NCBI GenBank assembly: GCA_963514005.1
Contig: OY740782.1
Coordinates: forward strand, 71,424,001 to 71,488,000
Length of the DNA: 64,000 bases
Source: Raja brachyura
Taxonomy: Eukaryota
Direction of reading: 5' to 3'
Positions 1-12,284 of this stretch are shown piece after piece (the stretch's first letter is position 1; each line of letters starts with the position of its first letter). Both the position numbers and the translations under genes were made by a program. Under the pieces are notes generated by a model, which worked only from the letters and a program-made list of their open reading frames with translations, was not told the DNA's origin and searched no databases.

Positions 1-1319
1 AGAAATGTTTCTATTCCTATATGATTTTCTATCATTTTGACTGAATATAAATTGTTATAATATTGCAGAAATCTCTCGTTAATGTCTTTGGTTTGTGTTA
101 ATAATTCCCCTGTATCTGATTTAACCCTATGGATTATTTTTTCTCCCTCCAATTATCTTAATTGACAAGCAAATAATTTTTGTGGTTTATCTCCAAATTC
201 TAATTGTATTTGTTTTGTATATTGATAAAGTTTTACAACTTGGTCTGATTGTATTTTATTTAATTTATATTTCAATGCAGAGATTTTATTATGTTTAATC
301 ATGGTTGGATTAGCAGCATTTTCTATATCTAGTTGCTTAATCTCTTTTTCCAATGCCTGCTGTATCCTCCGATTCTCTTTGTTATAGACTGCTTGAGAAG
401 ATATCATAATTCCACGTATATATGCTTTAAAAGTTTCCCATAGTAGTAACGGGGATATTTCTGGTTTGTCATTTGTTTCAAAGAAGATCTCAATCTGTTT
501 TGTAATGTATTCTTGAGTTGTTTTGTCCTTTAAAATTTGTGGGTTGAGTCTCCATTGTCCCTGCTTCCCCATTTTGCCAGTTATTTTAATCATAAAAGAT
601 AATGGTGCATGATCTGAAATTATAATATTGTGGTATTTTGAATTATAAGTGAGTGGAATAAGTTTTGAGTCTACTAGAAAGTAGTCTATTCTTGAGTATG
701 TTTTATGTACTGATGAGTAAAATGAGTATTCTCGTCCCGTTGGGTTTTCCATTCTCCAAACATCCATAATGTTGCTCAAATCTATATATGCATTTATTAG
801 ATCGCTAGAATGCAATTTAGTTTTCCGTTGTCTTGATGATCTGTCTAAGTAAGGATTTAATGTACAATTTAGATCTCCTCCAATTATTAAATTGTATTGT
901 GGTAGTTCTGGGATAGTATTTAGTATTTTCCTAAAAAACGATGGACTGTCAAAATTTGGGTAAATGTTAACAAAAATCATTTTTTGTATATATAATTCTC
1001 CTGTTATGATAATATATCTGCCGTCCTTATCTGTTATAGTTGAAGTATGTTTAAATAAGGTACCTTTACGGATTAATATTGCTACGCCTCTTGATTTGTG
1101 TGTAAAAGAAGAATGATACACTTTGTCAATCCATTTGGCTTTTAATCTATGCTCTGCGTCTTTTTTTAAATGTATTTCTTGGATGAATGCCACATCTGTT
1201 TTGAGTGCTTTTAGGTGTGCTAATACTTTACCTCTCTTAATTGGTTCATTAATACCTTTTACGTTCCAGCTGTAAAACGTTATTCCTCCATTCCCCATAT
1301 TCATTTTTAAGTCTTGCAT
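1..1319 (-). pseudogene. L1 ORF2 (apurinic-like endonuclease and downstream region) with premature stop
   Basis: Motifs SWNVKGIN, IQE(I)H, GGDLN, YSRIDYF and SDHAPL. In-frame TAA at 153-155, after which the frame continues LEGEKIIHRVKSDTGELLTQTKDINERFLQYYNNLY to the window edge. Confidence 0.93.
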
Positions 1320-2216
1320 AATTTGTCTAAGGGGGTCTGTAATAGAGCAAATGGTTCAGCTCGACATACCCGACCTTACACCCGAACTTCAAATAGATGA
1401 ATTTCAAGACCCTTAAGTGATGCTCACGTTTTGCATCTCCTTTGCTCTGATTTACAACTCCATTCAAATGTAAAATAATAATAATAGAAAGTGATATTAA
1501 AAAAAGGATAGATTAAGAGGTTAAAAGAGTGCTCAAAGAAAGACAAAACTATATCTAAGCTTGGTGCAGTTAGTGTTAGCCATTCTAACATGGCTAATAA
1601 TCTAAGGACTTCCATAGACGTTGTTTGTATCTTTCCACCTCCTTAATATTATTAATTCATAAAAATATTTAACCGGGAGTAATAAAATCTGATGTATATG
1701 GTGTCTATCATTCAAGTATATAATAATATCTGTACTTGAAACAAATTAAAGATGTATCGTAAAATGTAATGAAAAGGGAGGAAAAATAAAAAAGTTTAAA
1801 AAACATTTTTTTAAAGAAAAAAAGGGGGGAGAAAAATAAAAAATTACCATGGGATGTAAATAAAATCAAGCTTTATATTCTATATGATTATACTTAATAA
1901 TTATCTAATTCTATTTAAATCAGCCATAAGTAAATATTAATCCCTGATTGAAGATTATCAACTTTAATTAGTATTAGTACCGCGCTGTAAATTAGTAATA
2001 ATACTACGCCGAATTTTTTAGTATTTGTTAGTTAATATTAGTAATGTTATTACTCTAATTATTAATATCCATAAAAGAATGTCCAATCCGTATCTCCCAT
2101 CCGAGTCTCCAAGCCGCCTCCTTCTCCATCTTCTTTAAGTACCACAAGCCCATAGCCCATTCCAGTCGTGAGGGTACGATTTATTTATCAATGAGGTTCG
2201 TCTTAGAAACTTTCAT

Positions 2217-3263
2217 TCAGTCTTCCTCTTGACTCTTGATCCTCTTGGCAAAGTCCAGTGCCTCTGCTGGGTTTTTGAAGTAGTGTTCTTCCTGGTTGTG
2301 GGTGACTCTGAGAGTGGCTGGATATCTCAGAGTATACTTCACGTTGTTCACTTCTCTCAGAATTCTTTTGGTCTCCTTGAACGCATTCCGCTTCTTAGAA
2401 ACCTCTGCTGGGTAGTCTCGATAAATGCTGATAGAGTCTCCTTCGTATGTGAGATTTCTGCTTCTTACTATTTTGTTCATCATCTCCTCCAAAACATGGT
2501 CATACTGGACTTTCACTATCATTTGTCTTGGGGGGGCGTCTGGTCTTGTATAACGCCTCATTACTCTGTGTGCTCGGGCTAATAAAGGTTTCTGATCCAG
2601 AGATAAAACCTTTTGCAGTAAATTTGCAGTAAACTCTCGGATATCTTGATTCGATTCTCTCCCTTCTCGAATACCTGCGATTCTCAAGTTCTGCCTTCGC
2701 TGGCGCCCTTCCAACTCGACACATTTTTCAGTTATTTTGCCCAGTTGTTCAGATAAGCGTTGATTTTCTTTCAGGAGTGCTTTCATAGACTGAGTATTTG
2801 TTTCGGCTATCTCCTCAAGGTCTTTTATGGTCGACGCCTGCTCATTAAGTACAGTTTCAATAGGTTCCAGCTCCTTTTCCAGCTTGCTTTTTATTTTAGC
2901 GTCCATCTCTTCAGCAGCAATTGCAGCTTGTTCTGCTAATATTTCTGCAATTTCCTTTCGCAAATTATCAGATAGTTCCCGAGTAGAGGCATTAATTTCA
3001 AACTTTAACTTTTTCATCTCCTCCTTCATTTTTTCTATATCTTCTTTGTTTGCCAATTCCGATTTTAACTCTATTATTTCTTGTGTAAAAAAAGTTTTAA
3101 GTTCTTCCATCTCCGATTTTTTCTTTAACTTTTTAGACACATCTTCCTGGGAGGATGTCCTACCTGAGCCCGGTGCTTCAGTCAGGCCTTGTTCTTCTGC
3201 CGTTTTCGGTCTTCCGTATCTGAGTTTGGGCTTATCCGCGGGTGGGCTGCGCTATGTTGCCAT
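2217..3263 (-). pseudogene. L1 ORF1p (coiled coil + RRM/CTD, Transposase_22-like)
   Basis: Coiled-coil N-half followed by LEGRQRRQNLRIAGIRE, RAHR, PPRQMIV and YPATLRV. The in-frame ATG at 3263 is followed by TAG at codon 4 (3252-3254). Confidence 0.9.
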
Positions 3264-3477
3264 TACGGTCGTGTGCCTGATAACGTCACTCACAGCAGTT
3301 CGTGCAGAAACGGCAGGCAGCAGGCAAGGCTTTATCGCCCGTTTTTTTTCCCATTTTTTTCACGGAGCTGGCTGGCGTGCCTCCTCACTCCAGCATAGCG
3401 CCACTGGAAGTACTTTGCTAGATGTTGATTGGATTAAGTATTGAGCCTTGTCTGGGTTTCTTGAATATCAAGGCACA

Positions 3478-3899
3478 TGTTGCGATGTTTGCTTCCTTTC
3501 AGAAGCTCCATTTGAATACAATGTATTGGTTACTGTATTATTGGGTTAGAGAAATGTCTATCATATACTGTGTTAATTGATATCTGTTATTGGACTGTGA
3601 AGAGACCACCCCCATGTGGTTCAGCCCCTCAAGGTTCGAGGGCCTGTAAAAGGCCGCTCCCATGAGGTCCTGTGTCGATCTTCTTGGAGAACGCTTAGGA
3701 CTGCGTGACCTTCTGGAAATAGGCTAAGAGGGTTTGGCCAGGCAGATACGAGGATCGAACCCGAGGATCGCGGTGGTTAGGTGTAGTAGTGGGAACTGTT
3801 ATTGTGTTATGTCAAAATAAAGATTAGTTGCGCAAGTGCTTGACTCAGTGATTTTTGACTGAAACTAAACTGGGGGAAGCTTAGAATGAGCTATTTACA
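3478..3899 (+). mobile_element. Possible solo LTR (Gypsy/ERV-like)
   Basis: Segment begins TG and ends CA, with a TATA-like CTGTAAAAGG (~3644) and AATAAA (~3816). No clean TSD was found. Confidence 0.4.
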
Positions 3900-5197
3900 T
3901 TATCAACGTGGATGCAGAAAGGATGTTTTCTCTTGGGGAAGAATCTCAAATGAAGGAATATTTTTCTTTAAAATAAGGGGTCCCTAATAAGGGATAGGTG
4001 ATATTTGTATGCTCTCACAAAGAGTCATGAGTCTTTGGAAACACTGTTTCTCAAGGAACAAAGTTTTGAACCTTTAAGCCAAAGATAGACAGTTACGATA
4101 AGCAACGGACTGAAAGGTTACTGTGAGTGGACAGAAATGTGGCACCACAGTTACATTAGTTCAATCAGTCTCAGTTAATTCAAGTCAGGCTGAAGGACCT
4201 GAGCAGACTTCTGCTCTTATTTCACATGCTTGTATCTTCATTTGTTGCAGTAATCATTGTTCGTATAATAATGCAATGGATCGCAAATAATGATTGACTT
4301 CTTACTTATGCAAATAATTATTGGTTGTTTTTATTAAAATACCAAGTTGAGTGACTGCAGGCAATTTGTATGGACAGGGTTATATGGTAAACCAAAGATG
4401 CTGTATCTAGCTGTGTAGTTACAAAAGGAGCAATATAGTCATATAATTGGCACCTGTTTACACTGGCCATCACTAACAAGAAGACTGGTCTAATTTGAGA
4501 TGGCCAAGGACTTTGTCCTCACTTCACCTTGAATGCCTGCCACAAGCAGCATTTTCCTTTTTTAGAATAGATCAGGTTTCTCTCAGTGAACATAACATTA
4601 CAATGAAGATAGCAAACTCAGTACTGTTAATGAATATTCAACTTTTACTGTTACTTGCCAGAAAATCTAACACAGGTAATATCAGTATGTAGAAATCTTT
4701 TGCCCTGGAAGCAGAAATGACTCACGTAATGTGTTACTGCAGGCAGCAAGTTGAACTGATGAGTTCCAGGTTCCCCTGAGCCAACTCGTATTCTTTAATT
4801 AATTGTGCAAATATGCATATAATGAAATAGGATGTTTGTTAATTAACACCATGCTGCACAGTCAAAGGTCTGGCATACTTGATCATTTGTATTAGAAATT
4901 AATCTGATAAATTTGATACTTCATGTTAGCAGTTAATAAAACAGAGCATTTGCATCTGGATTTAGTGAACAGCAATATTTTGATTAGAGTTCTGTGAATC
5001 TGTCCTCCTCTTAACCTCATTCCATCTGACTATTTTTTAAACTGCACACTTGGGTATTTAGTTAATGAAACCAGAGAATTAAATATTCTGGCCTACATTT
5101 ACATGGCTCAAAGAAGAAAGTAATTTAGTAATTATGTAGTTTTAATTATATAGAGATGGCTGGGCACTAATATTTTAATAGTGAACTTTTCAATATC

Positions 5198-5345
5198 AAA
5201 GGTAGACAAAAATGCTGGAGGAACTCAGTGGGTGAGGCAGCATCTATGGAGAGTTGGAATAGGTGACGTTTCGGGTCGCCTATTCCTTCTCCGCATAGAT
5301 GCTGCCTCACCCGCTAAGTTCCTCCAGCATTTTTGTCCACCTTCG
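5198..5345. repeat. Penelope-derived palindromic repeat
   Basis: Arms AAGGTAGACAAAAATGCTGGAGGAACTCAG... and ...CTAAGTTCCTCCAGCATTTTTGTCCACCTT match the 3' terminal region of the Penelope element at 49.86-49.94 kb. Confidence 0.8.
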
Positions 5346-5741
5346 ATTCTTTCAGCATCTGCAGTTCTTTCTTATGCATTTTGTCTACTCCACTGCAAAA
5401 TCTTTTCAATACCAAATATTCCTTTGTGGTTGATCAATCATCAAATTTCTGAAATGATTACAAAAACATTTGGCTATGTTCTTGCAAATAAACTCTTTAC
5501 CTACATGTATTGTTATTAGTTTGTCTATTGTCTGTGGGTTCAAGAGATTCAATGCTAGGTAAATATCATTGACCATGTTAGTAGGTTGGAGTTTCTTCAA
5601 GAGAATGCCAAATGTTTCAGTAGAAGCAGTGTTTTTTCCTAAAAAATACAATGCATTGGAACATCCTGCACCCAGCCTCACTATTTTGAAGACTCTCCCA
5701 CCTTGACTTACTTTTGCTAAGGTTGAGGACTGGGCAGGTTA

Positions 5742-6163
5742 TGCCCCTGTCCCACTTAAGAAACCTGAACGGAAACCTCTGGAGACTTTGCGCCCCACCC
5801 AAGGTTTCCGTGTGGTTGCCGGAGGTTTTTGTCAGTCTCCCTAATGGTCGAAAGTGGTTTCCGCTTCTTCTATGTTCCGGCGATTATTTCAAAAAATTCA
5901 AAACCGGCCGCGACTAAAAATTAGTTGCCGTTTTAAAAATCGGTAATTTTTTTAGTTGAAGCCGGTTGCGATGCTAGTTGAAGGTGGTTGCCTAATGCCC
6001 CTGTCCCACTTAGGTTTTTGTCAGACTCCCTAATGGTCGAAACTGACAAAAACCTCTGGGAACCTCCGGAAACCGCACAGAAACCTTGGGTGTGGCACAA
6101 AGGCTCCAGAGGTTTCCGTTCAGGTTTCCTAAGTGGAACAGGGGCATTAGTGGGACAGGGGCA
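5742..6163. mobile_element. PIF/Harbinger-type MITE, self-nested (two left and two right TIRs)
   Basis: TIR TGCCCCTGTCCCACT at 5742 and 5996, reverse complements ending at 6146 and 6163, TTA/TAA flanks and long subterminal inverted repeats. Confidence 0.8.
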
Positions 6164-6311
6164 TTATGCCCCTCATTCAATTGTGTCCAGACAGAGCTGG
6201 GAACAGCCCACAGGCCTTGGGCAGTATATGCCGGGCCCACCACCCTGCCCTCTAGAACCCAAAGTCTTGTTAATATTTTTGAATTATAGCCCCTTAAATA
6301 TAGATATTTAA

Positions 6312-6606
6312 GAACATGACATGAGAATTAAGGGACAGAAGTTTAGGGGTAACATGAGGGGGAACTTCTTTACTTAGAGAGTGGTGGCTGTGTGGAATGA
6401 TCTTCCTGCAGAAGTGGTGGAGGCAGGATCGATTTTAACATTTAAAAGTAAAGTGGATAGGTATATGGACGGGAAGGGAATGAAGGGGTATGGTCTGAGT
6501 GCAGGTAGATGGGACTAGGGGAAAATAAATGGTCGGCACGGACTGGAAGGGGCGAGAAGGCCTGTTTCCGTGCTGTAATTGTTATATGGTTATATGTTAT
6601 ATGGTT
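6312..6606 (+). mobile_element. CR1 LINE 3' fragment
   Basis: ORF2 C-terminal remnant (RGNFFT.RVVAVWN), 3'UTR GGCCTGTTTCCGTGCTGTA and (GGTTATAT)n tail. Confidence 0.8.
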
Positions 6607-6927
6607 AACAAACCAATGCTTTAAAGCAATTATTTAAAAAAATCTAGCTGCAAGCAATTGCACATATTAATCTCCTACAATCACCAGTGTGATAATACAC
6701 CCTTACAACACAGAACAAGGCCATTCAGCCCATCAAACCATATTTCTTTGTCCCATTCTCACCCTGAGATTTCTCATAACTTCTCAGGTCTTCTGCAACC
6801 TGTCCACATTACTGGCAATTTATAGTAAATAATGAATCTACCACTGATCTCTGGGATGTGGGAAGAAACTGAGATAATAAATCTACCTGCCCATATTTTT
6901 GGATGTATGAGGAAACCAGAAAGGTTG

Positions 6928-7019
6928 ACTCATCCGTGTCAACTAAGGTGTCCATCTTCCGGTAACCAGAAAGGTTTCTGGTTACCGGAAGATGGACACC
7001 TTAGTTGACACGGATGAGT
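6928..7019. repeat. Perfect inverted repeat, 45-bp arms with 2-nt loop
   Basis: ACTCATCCGTGTCAACTAAGGTGTCCATCTTCCGGTAACCAGAAA-GG-exact reverse complement. Confidence 0.95.
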
Positions 7020-7065
7020 TCGGCCTCTTGTAGAAGGAGGCTCTTAGTTTTGTTATTAATTTTAA

Positions 7066-7369
7066 TTTTAGTTTTAGTTTTAAAGATACAGTGTGGAAAC
7101 TGGCCGTTCGACCCACCAAGTCCACGCTGACCACTGATCACAACGTACATAAATTCAATTGTACACATGGGAGACAATTTACAGAAGCCAATTAACATAC
7201 AAACCTGCGCGTCTTTTGAATGTAGGAAGAAGCCGGAGCACCCGGAGGAAATTCATGTTGTCACAGGGAGTAAGTGCAAACTCTGTATAGAGTGCCCGGT
7301 AGTCAGGATTGAACTGGGGTCTCAGGCGCTATAGGGCACCAACACTACTGCTGTGCCACTATGCCACCT
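7066..7369 (-). mobile_element. tRNA-derived V-SINE (HE1-like)
   Basis: Minus strand has a tRNA-like head (GGTGGCATAGTGGCACAGCAGTAG...CCCAGTTCAATCC), a V-domain-like core, a CR1-type tail and (CTAAAA)n. Confidence 0.8.
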
Positions 7370-7665
7370 ATTAAAGATAGTCTAGATGTGCATGCAGGTA
7401 ATTACATGGTTTGTAAATAATTTGAGTGTTGGAGTAGCAGGTTCAGTGTGTTTCAGAACTCACAAGAAGACAGAGTTGCTCAGCTCTCACCTAAGTGACA
7501 ATATATCAAGGGGCATGCAAGAAGGCATATAATCCTTTGGACAGCAGATCTGAGTTACATTTTTTGACAGCATGCAATTGCCTTAACATTTGCACATGCT
7601 GCAGGGAAGACGTAAGAACGGCAGCAGAAGCATCACCCGACTGGAATCGGTTTGCAATGCCCATT

Positions 7666-7881
7666 GTGTGTAGAAAGGAACTGCAGATGCTGGTTTACCC
7701 CAAAGATAGACACAAAATGCTGGAGTAACTCTATGTCAGTAACTGGACAGGCAGCATCACTGGAGAGAAGGAATAGGTGTTGTTTCGGTAAAGAAGGGTC
7801 TCGACCCAAAATGTCACCCATTCCTTCTCTCCAGAGATGCTGCCTGTCCCACTGAGTTACTCCAACATTTTGTGTCCATCT
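7666..7881. repeat. Penelope-derived palindromic repeat
   Basis: GACACAAAATGCTGGAGTAACTC ... GAAGGGTCTCGACCCAAAATGTC ... GAGTTACTCCAACATTTTGTGTC. Confidence 0.8.
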
Positions 7882-8255
7882 GTGATGCCCATTAACCTGT
7901 TGAGCACCTGAGGTGGTTCAGGGGTGCAGCAGCTTCAGGAACCCAGGTTCAATTAGTGCTGTATGTGTGGAGTTTGCATCATTGCCCAGTGTCATTGGTG
8001 AACTGATTTCCTCCCACATCCATAGGACATGAACGCAAGTTAAATGGGTACTGTAATTTGTCACTAATGTAGGTGAGTAGTTTGTAGAAGAATCAGATGA
8101 GGACAGAGTTAATAATGGTTATTTATTAGAGAAATATGAGGGAATGGAAGAGCTGGCATAGACTTGATAGGCGAATAAGCCATCTTTTCTATATGGGGCT
8201 ATCAAAACTACAGGGGGCTATTAAAACTTTCAACTGCAGCTGATATACAGGTGAG

Positions 8256-8580
8256 TTTTAGTTTAGTTTAGAGATTCAGCACAGAAACAGGCCCTTCGGC
8301 CCACCGAGTCGGCACCGACCAGCGATCCCCATTCATTAACACAAGCCTACACACACTAGGAATAATTTACACTTCTACCGCGCATACAAACCCAAGCCAA
8401 TTAATGAATTAACCCAAGTCGTTGGAGTGTGGGCGGAAATCAAAGATCTCGGAGAAAACCCACATGGCCACGAGGAGAGTGTACAAACTCCGTACAAACA
8501 ACACCCACAGTCGGGATCGTACCCGGGCCTCTGGTGCTGCAAGTGCTGTAAGGCAGCAACTCTACCACTGCGTCACCATG
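8256..8580 (-). mobile_element. tRNA-derived V-SINE (HE1-like)
   Basis: Same family as 7066-7369 and 20392-20707, with a (CTAAA)n tail and tRNA-like head. Confidence 0.82.
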
Positions 8581-8587
8581 AGGGTGA

Positions 8588-8880
8588 AACCCCTGTCTCA
8601 CGGTGCGAGTTAACCCACGAATGACTCAGAGTTTTCACTCACGGTAATCACGTACAATTAACGTAGCGGGAACGTCGGAACTCGCGCTAGCAACTTAGCG
8701 ATTCGTGGCGCTAACAGCAGGTACTCGTGAGACTTGTTAACTCATGAAAAAAATCAAACATGTTTGATATTTTCCACGAGTCAAATTTACTGTTCAAGTT
8801 AAAAATGAAAACATTTAAACTCGTTGTAATAACGTAGTGGCCCGTGCGTTTACCTTAGTGACTCGTGAGTCTACCATGGG
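8588..8880. mobile_element. Truncated Harbinger-like MITE (one TIR only)
   Basis: Starts ACCCCTGTCTCACGG, resembling the CCCCTGTCCCAC TIRs elsewhere, with a CpG-rich interior. No partner TIR was seen. Confidence 0.45.
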
Positions 8881-9127
8881 CACTCTTTAAATTATTTCAG
8901 TGCCATTCACCCTCGAGTCTTAATCACAAATTTAATTCACCCTCGACTAAATTTTCTTTGTTTTTTTGGTAATTTTCGTCTTATTTTCCCTTGTGTACAA
9001 TTTTATATATAATGTATTTTTGTTACATGAGCAAAATACATGAATTAACTCATTTCGTAAGCTTTATTCAGCTTTTTTAACATCCTAAAAATATGTTAAA
9101 AAACTAGGAGTGAAAAAAAAGTTTCAG

Positions 9128-11057
9128 AGGGTGTTACATGGCTACTATAGACTTAAAAGATGAGTATTATTCAGTGCCAATTCATCACCATTATCGTATG
9201 TAACACCCTATGGACAAGAACTCCTTTGCAGTGTTGAAGGTGTCCATTTTGAAATGTCTATACTGGACATATGAATTCAATTTTGTGAGATGCAGAATGA
9301 CTCTACAACCCCCATCTTTCTTTGCCCTGGGGATAATATTTGACACAAATTGTTGCGGATGATTCCCAGTACTTTCAATTACCCCTTTTTTAAATACATT
9401 TTACTTCTTCTTTTACCTGAGGATTTTCAGGTACAGAAACACCAAACCCCGATTAGGTTTATCCTGTACAGGTGGATCAACTCCTTCCATAATTTCTATA
9501 ATAGCACCTGAGACAGTATCTAATATAAACCAATCAGATGTTATACAGTACCATTCATCATAAAACAATTGCAATCTACCACCAACCAGAGGTTCCACAA
9601 CAGTTTCCTCTGTGATAGAATAAAGTTTTTGTACCTCAGCAAATGACTGTGACGGTCTCCTTCTCCCAATATATGGTTTGACATTGGGCTGTGATGGGTA
9701 ATAATACCTTCGCACCATACCCCTGCCTCTGCTTGTTCCTGCTCCTGAATCAAACCCCCTTCTCATCCAGCCAGATTGTCTCCTTTGACCAAATATAAAA
9801 GGTTTCATGAGGCTGATAGTCTTTGCCTCCTCATCGATATCTTAATTTGTTTAGGCAGGTTTTTTCTCAGAATAAATAATCTGGAGCTTGAACATTGCTT
9901 GATTTACACAAACCAGCAAATCATGGGTGCATGATGGGCGAAATGGTGATTTTTCTCATACAATTAATCTCAAATTAAGAGTTACAAAACAATGCCAACA
10001 TGTCTTTTTGGATTTTGGACATAGCATGCCCTTCCAACTGCCTCCCAAAATCAGTAATGCCAGCTACAATGAGCTTGAGGACCCTCCTGTCTTCGCATTG
10101 TTGAAGTCACGGGTGTCCAAATAGCTGGATTCACCGTCGGCACCCTCAGTGATGCACAATTAACAGGTGTTTTATAGAGGTCTGCTGTCTCAATCATGAC
10201 AGTCTCCTGAAGCTGGTGAGAAACCAAATAATTAATGTTGGCCGCCAGGTTTTCTTCCATGACCTCACCGCTTCCCTTTGGTATAACAAAGGATTGTGCT
10301 ACATCTGGTACACCTGTAGTTTGACTTTTGTGCTGTGGTGGGTATTCAAGACCAAAAACACCACTTTCAGGGTCAGTCTCTTGCCGCCCTGGTACTCCTG
10401 AGACTTGCTCAAAGGAGACTTCTTCCAGACCTAAACAAGGCTCTGGAGGTTCACATTCCCATGTTGTAAAGGCACCATATTTATAATATGGATCCCCCTC
10501 AGGGGCTGCCTGGGAATATTCTGGGTCTTTTGACCCTTGAATAATAATTCTTTGAAGCATTTTCTCCATTTGGTCCATCCTGAGCCACAGGCTTGTCTGC
10601 CTGTCCCTGCCTCTTCTTCATCAGATTCATCTTATAATACAGGCCTAGCAGACATCCTTTTATTTTTCCTTTCCACTGGAGAACCCTCCGTGGCCTGTGG
10701 CTGTGGAGTGTCTAAAGGCTGAACTATGGCAGAGTCAACGGCTACCGTTATCGGAACCGGCTCCGTACTAATCTGTGGTCCTGATCTTAACTGTGTTTCC
10801 ACTCGGGACATGCGCTTTCCCTGCACTGATTTTTTCACCGTGTCCATTTTTTAAAACTTTCCAAACTCCTCCTGGCTATTCCAGCCAGCGTCACGGAGTT
10901 TCTACCCAGGAAGTAATTTCAACCCACTTACCTGTTACTCACCGCTGGTGGAGCTGCGATCTGCAGCCCGTTCCTACCGACATGCGTCGACGTAATGCCG
11001 AGCATGCGCCTGGCGGGGCTTCTTCACGTAGTCACTCATATGACACCAAAGTAAAAT
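9128..11057 (-). mobile_element. DIRS-like retrotransposon, 5' half (left terminus, gag-like ORF, start of RT), 3'-truncated
   Basis: Left terminus TTTTACTTTGGTGTCATATGAGTGACTACGTGAAGA is like the other two DIRS copies. The gag remnant (LRVPTVNPAIW) and RT start (VGGRLQLF, HFKMDTF) are homologous to 53531-55453. Confidence 0.88.
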
Positions 11058-11885
11058 TAGTGATAGAGTAGACAGTGAAGATAATTACAGCAGGATCTTG
11101 ATCAGCTGGTCAAGAGGCTGAAGAATGACTAATGGAATTTAATGCAGGTAAGTGTGATGTGCTTCATTTTAGGAATGCTGCATTCTAGAAACTAGGGTCA
11201 GACCTATACAGTGAATACTGGGCATGGGGCAGAAGGATCTAGATGTACAGGTACACTGCCCTGAAAGTGGCATCACAGGTAGATTGGGTAGGAAAGAAGG
11301 CTTTTGGTACGTTGGCCTTCATCAGTCAGGGTATTGAATATAGCTGAGCTGTTAGATTATACTCATACACTACGTTTGTGAGGCCACATTTTGAATATTA
11401 TGTTCAGTTTCGGTCACCCTGCGATAGTAAGGATGCCATTAAGCTGGAAAGAGCGTAGAGAAGATTTACAAGAATGTTACAAGACGTGAGGACCTGAGCT
11501 ATAGGGAAAGATTGGGCAATTTATTCCCTGGTGTGCAGAAGGCTAAGGGATAATGTGGAATTGATAGGGTGAATGCACAATCTCTTACCCAGAGCAGGGG
11601 AATCAAGAACCAGAGAACAAAGGCTTAAGGTGAGAGGAGAACGATTTAAGAGGAACCTGAGGGTCATCTTTTTCACTCAGATTGTGGTGGCTATATGGAA
11701 TAGGCAGACAGAAGAGCTGATTGAGGGAGGTACACCAACATTTAAAAGACACATGCATAGACACATGGACAAGATATGGGCCAAATGTGGGAAAATGGGA
11801 TTAGTTTAGATGGGGCATCTTGGTCGGCATGGACAAGTTTCATTGAAGGGCATGTTTCCACTCAGTATAACCTAATGATTCTGTG
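11058..11885 (+). mobile_element. Degraded CR1 LINE 3' part
   Basis: Remnants of MEFNAGKC, VRPHFEY.VQF and FFTQIVVAIWN, plus a CR1 3'UTR. Confidence 0.8.
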
Positions 11886-12284
11886 GTTTCCTTTAATTAT
11901 CTACCAAAATATACAAATTAAAACATTCCTGTGCTGGGGTTCATTCGATAATTACCAAGTAAACCCCAGCACTGGAAAATTTAAACTTGTATATTTTGGT
12001 AAATAATAAAAGGAAATCATACCTTCCTTGTGAAATATGTGATGGGAGACCAAGAGATTTGAAATACAGATATAAATACAACCACAATAGTAGTGCAGCT
12101 TAGTAAAACCAAACACAGGTGAAAAAAAGAACTGCGATTAATACTGAAAGGAACGGAATTGAAATGCACAGTTGCGTGAACCTGAGCATGCTTAGAATTT
12201 AGTAAAAGAATAGAAGAATCATAGACGTTATTGGCAGCCGAAGGCCTTGCAACTCATGGGATGGATAAATAACTAGTTGGGTTA

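Larger units (their letters stand above)
1..3411 (-). mobile_element. L1 (LINE-1 clade) non-LTR retrotransposon, 5' portion (5'UTR, ORF1, ~900-bp spacer, ORF2 N-terminus); continues beyond window start
   Basis: ORF1-like and APE-endonuclease ORFs lie in tandem on the minus strand, with a GC-rich 5'UTR beginning ACTTCCAGTGGCGC at ~3411. Confidence 0.93.

Noticed and set aside
2827-3444. 205-aa Ser/Phe-rich plus-strand ORF
   Set aside because: Antisense shadow of the L1 ORF1 coiled coil.
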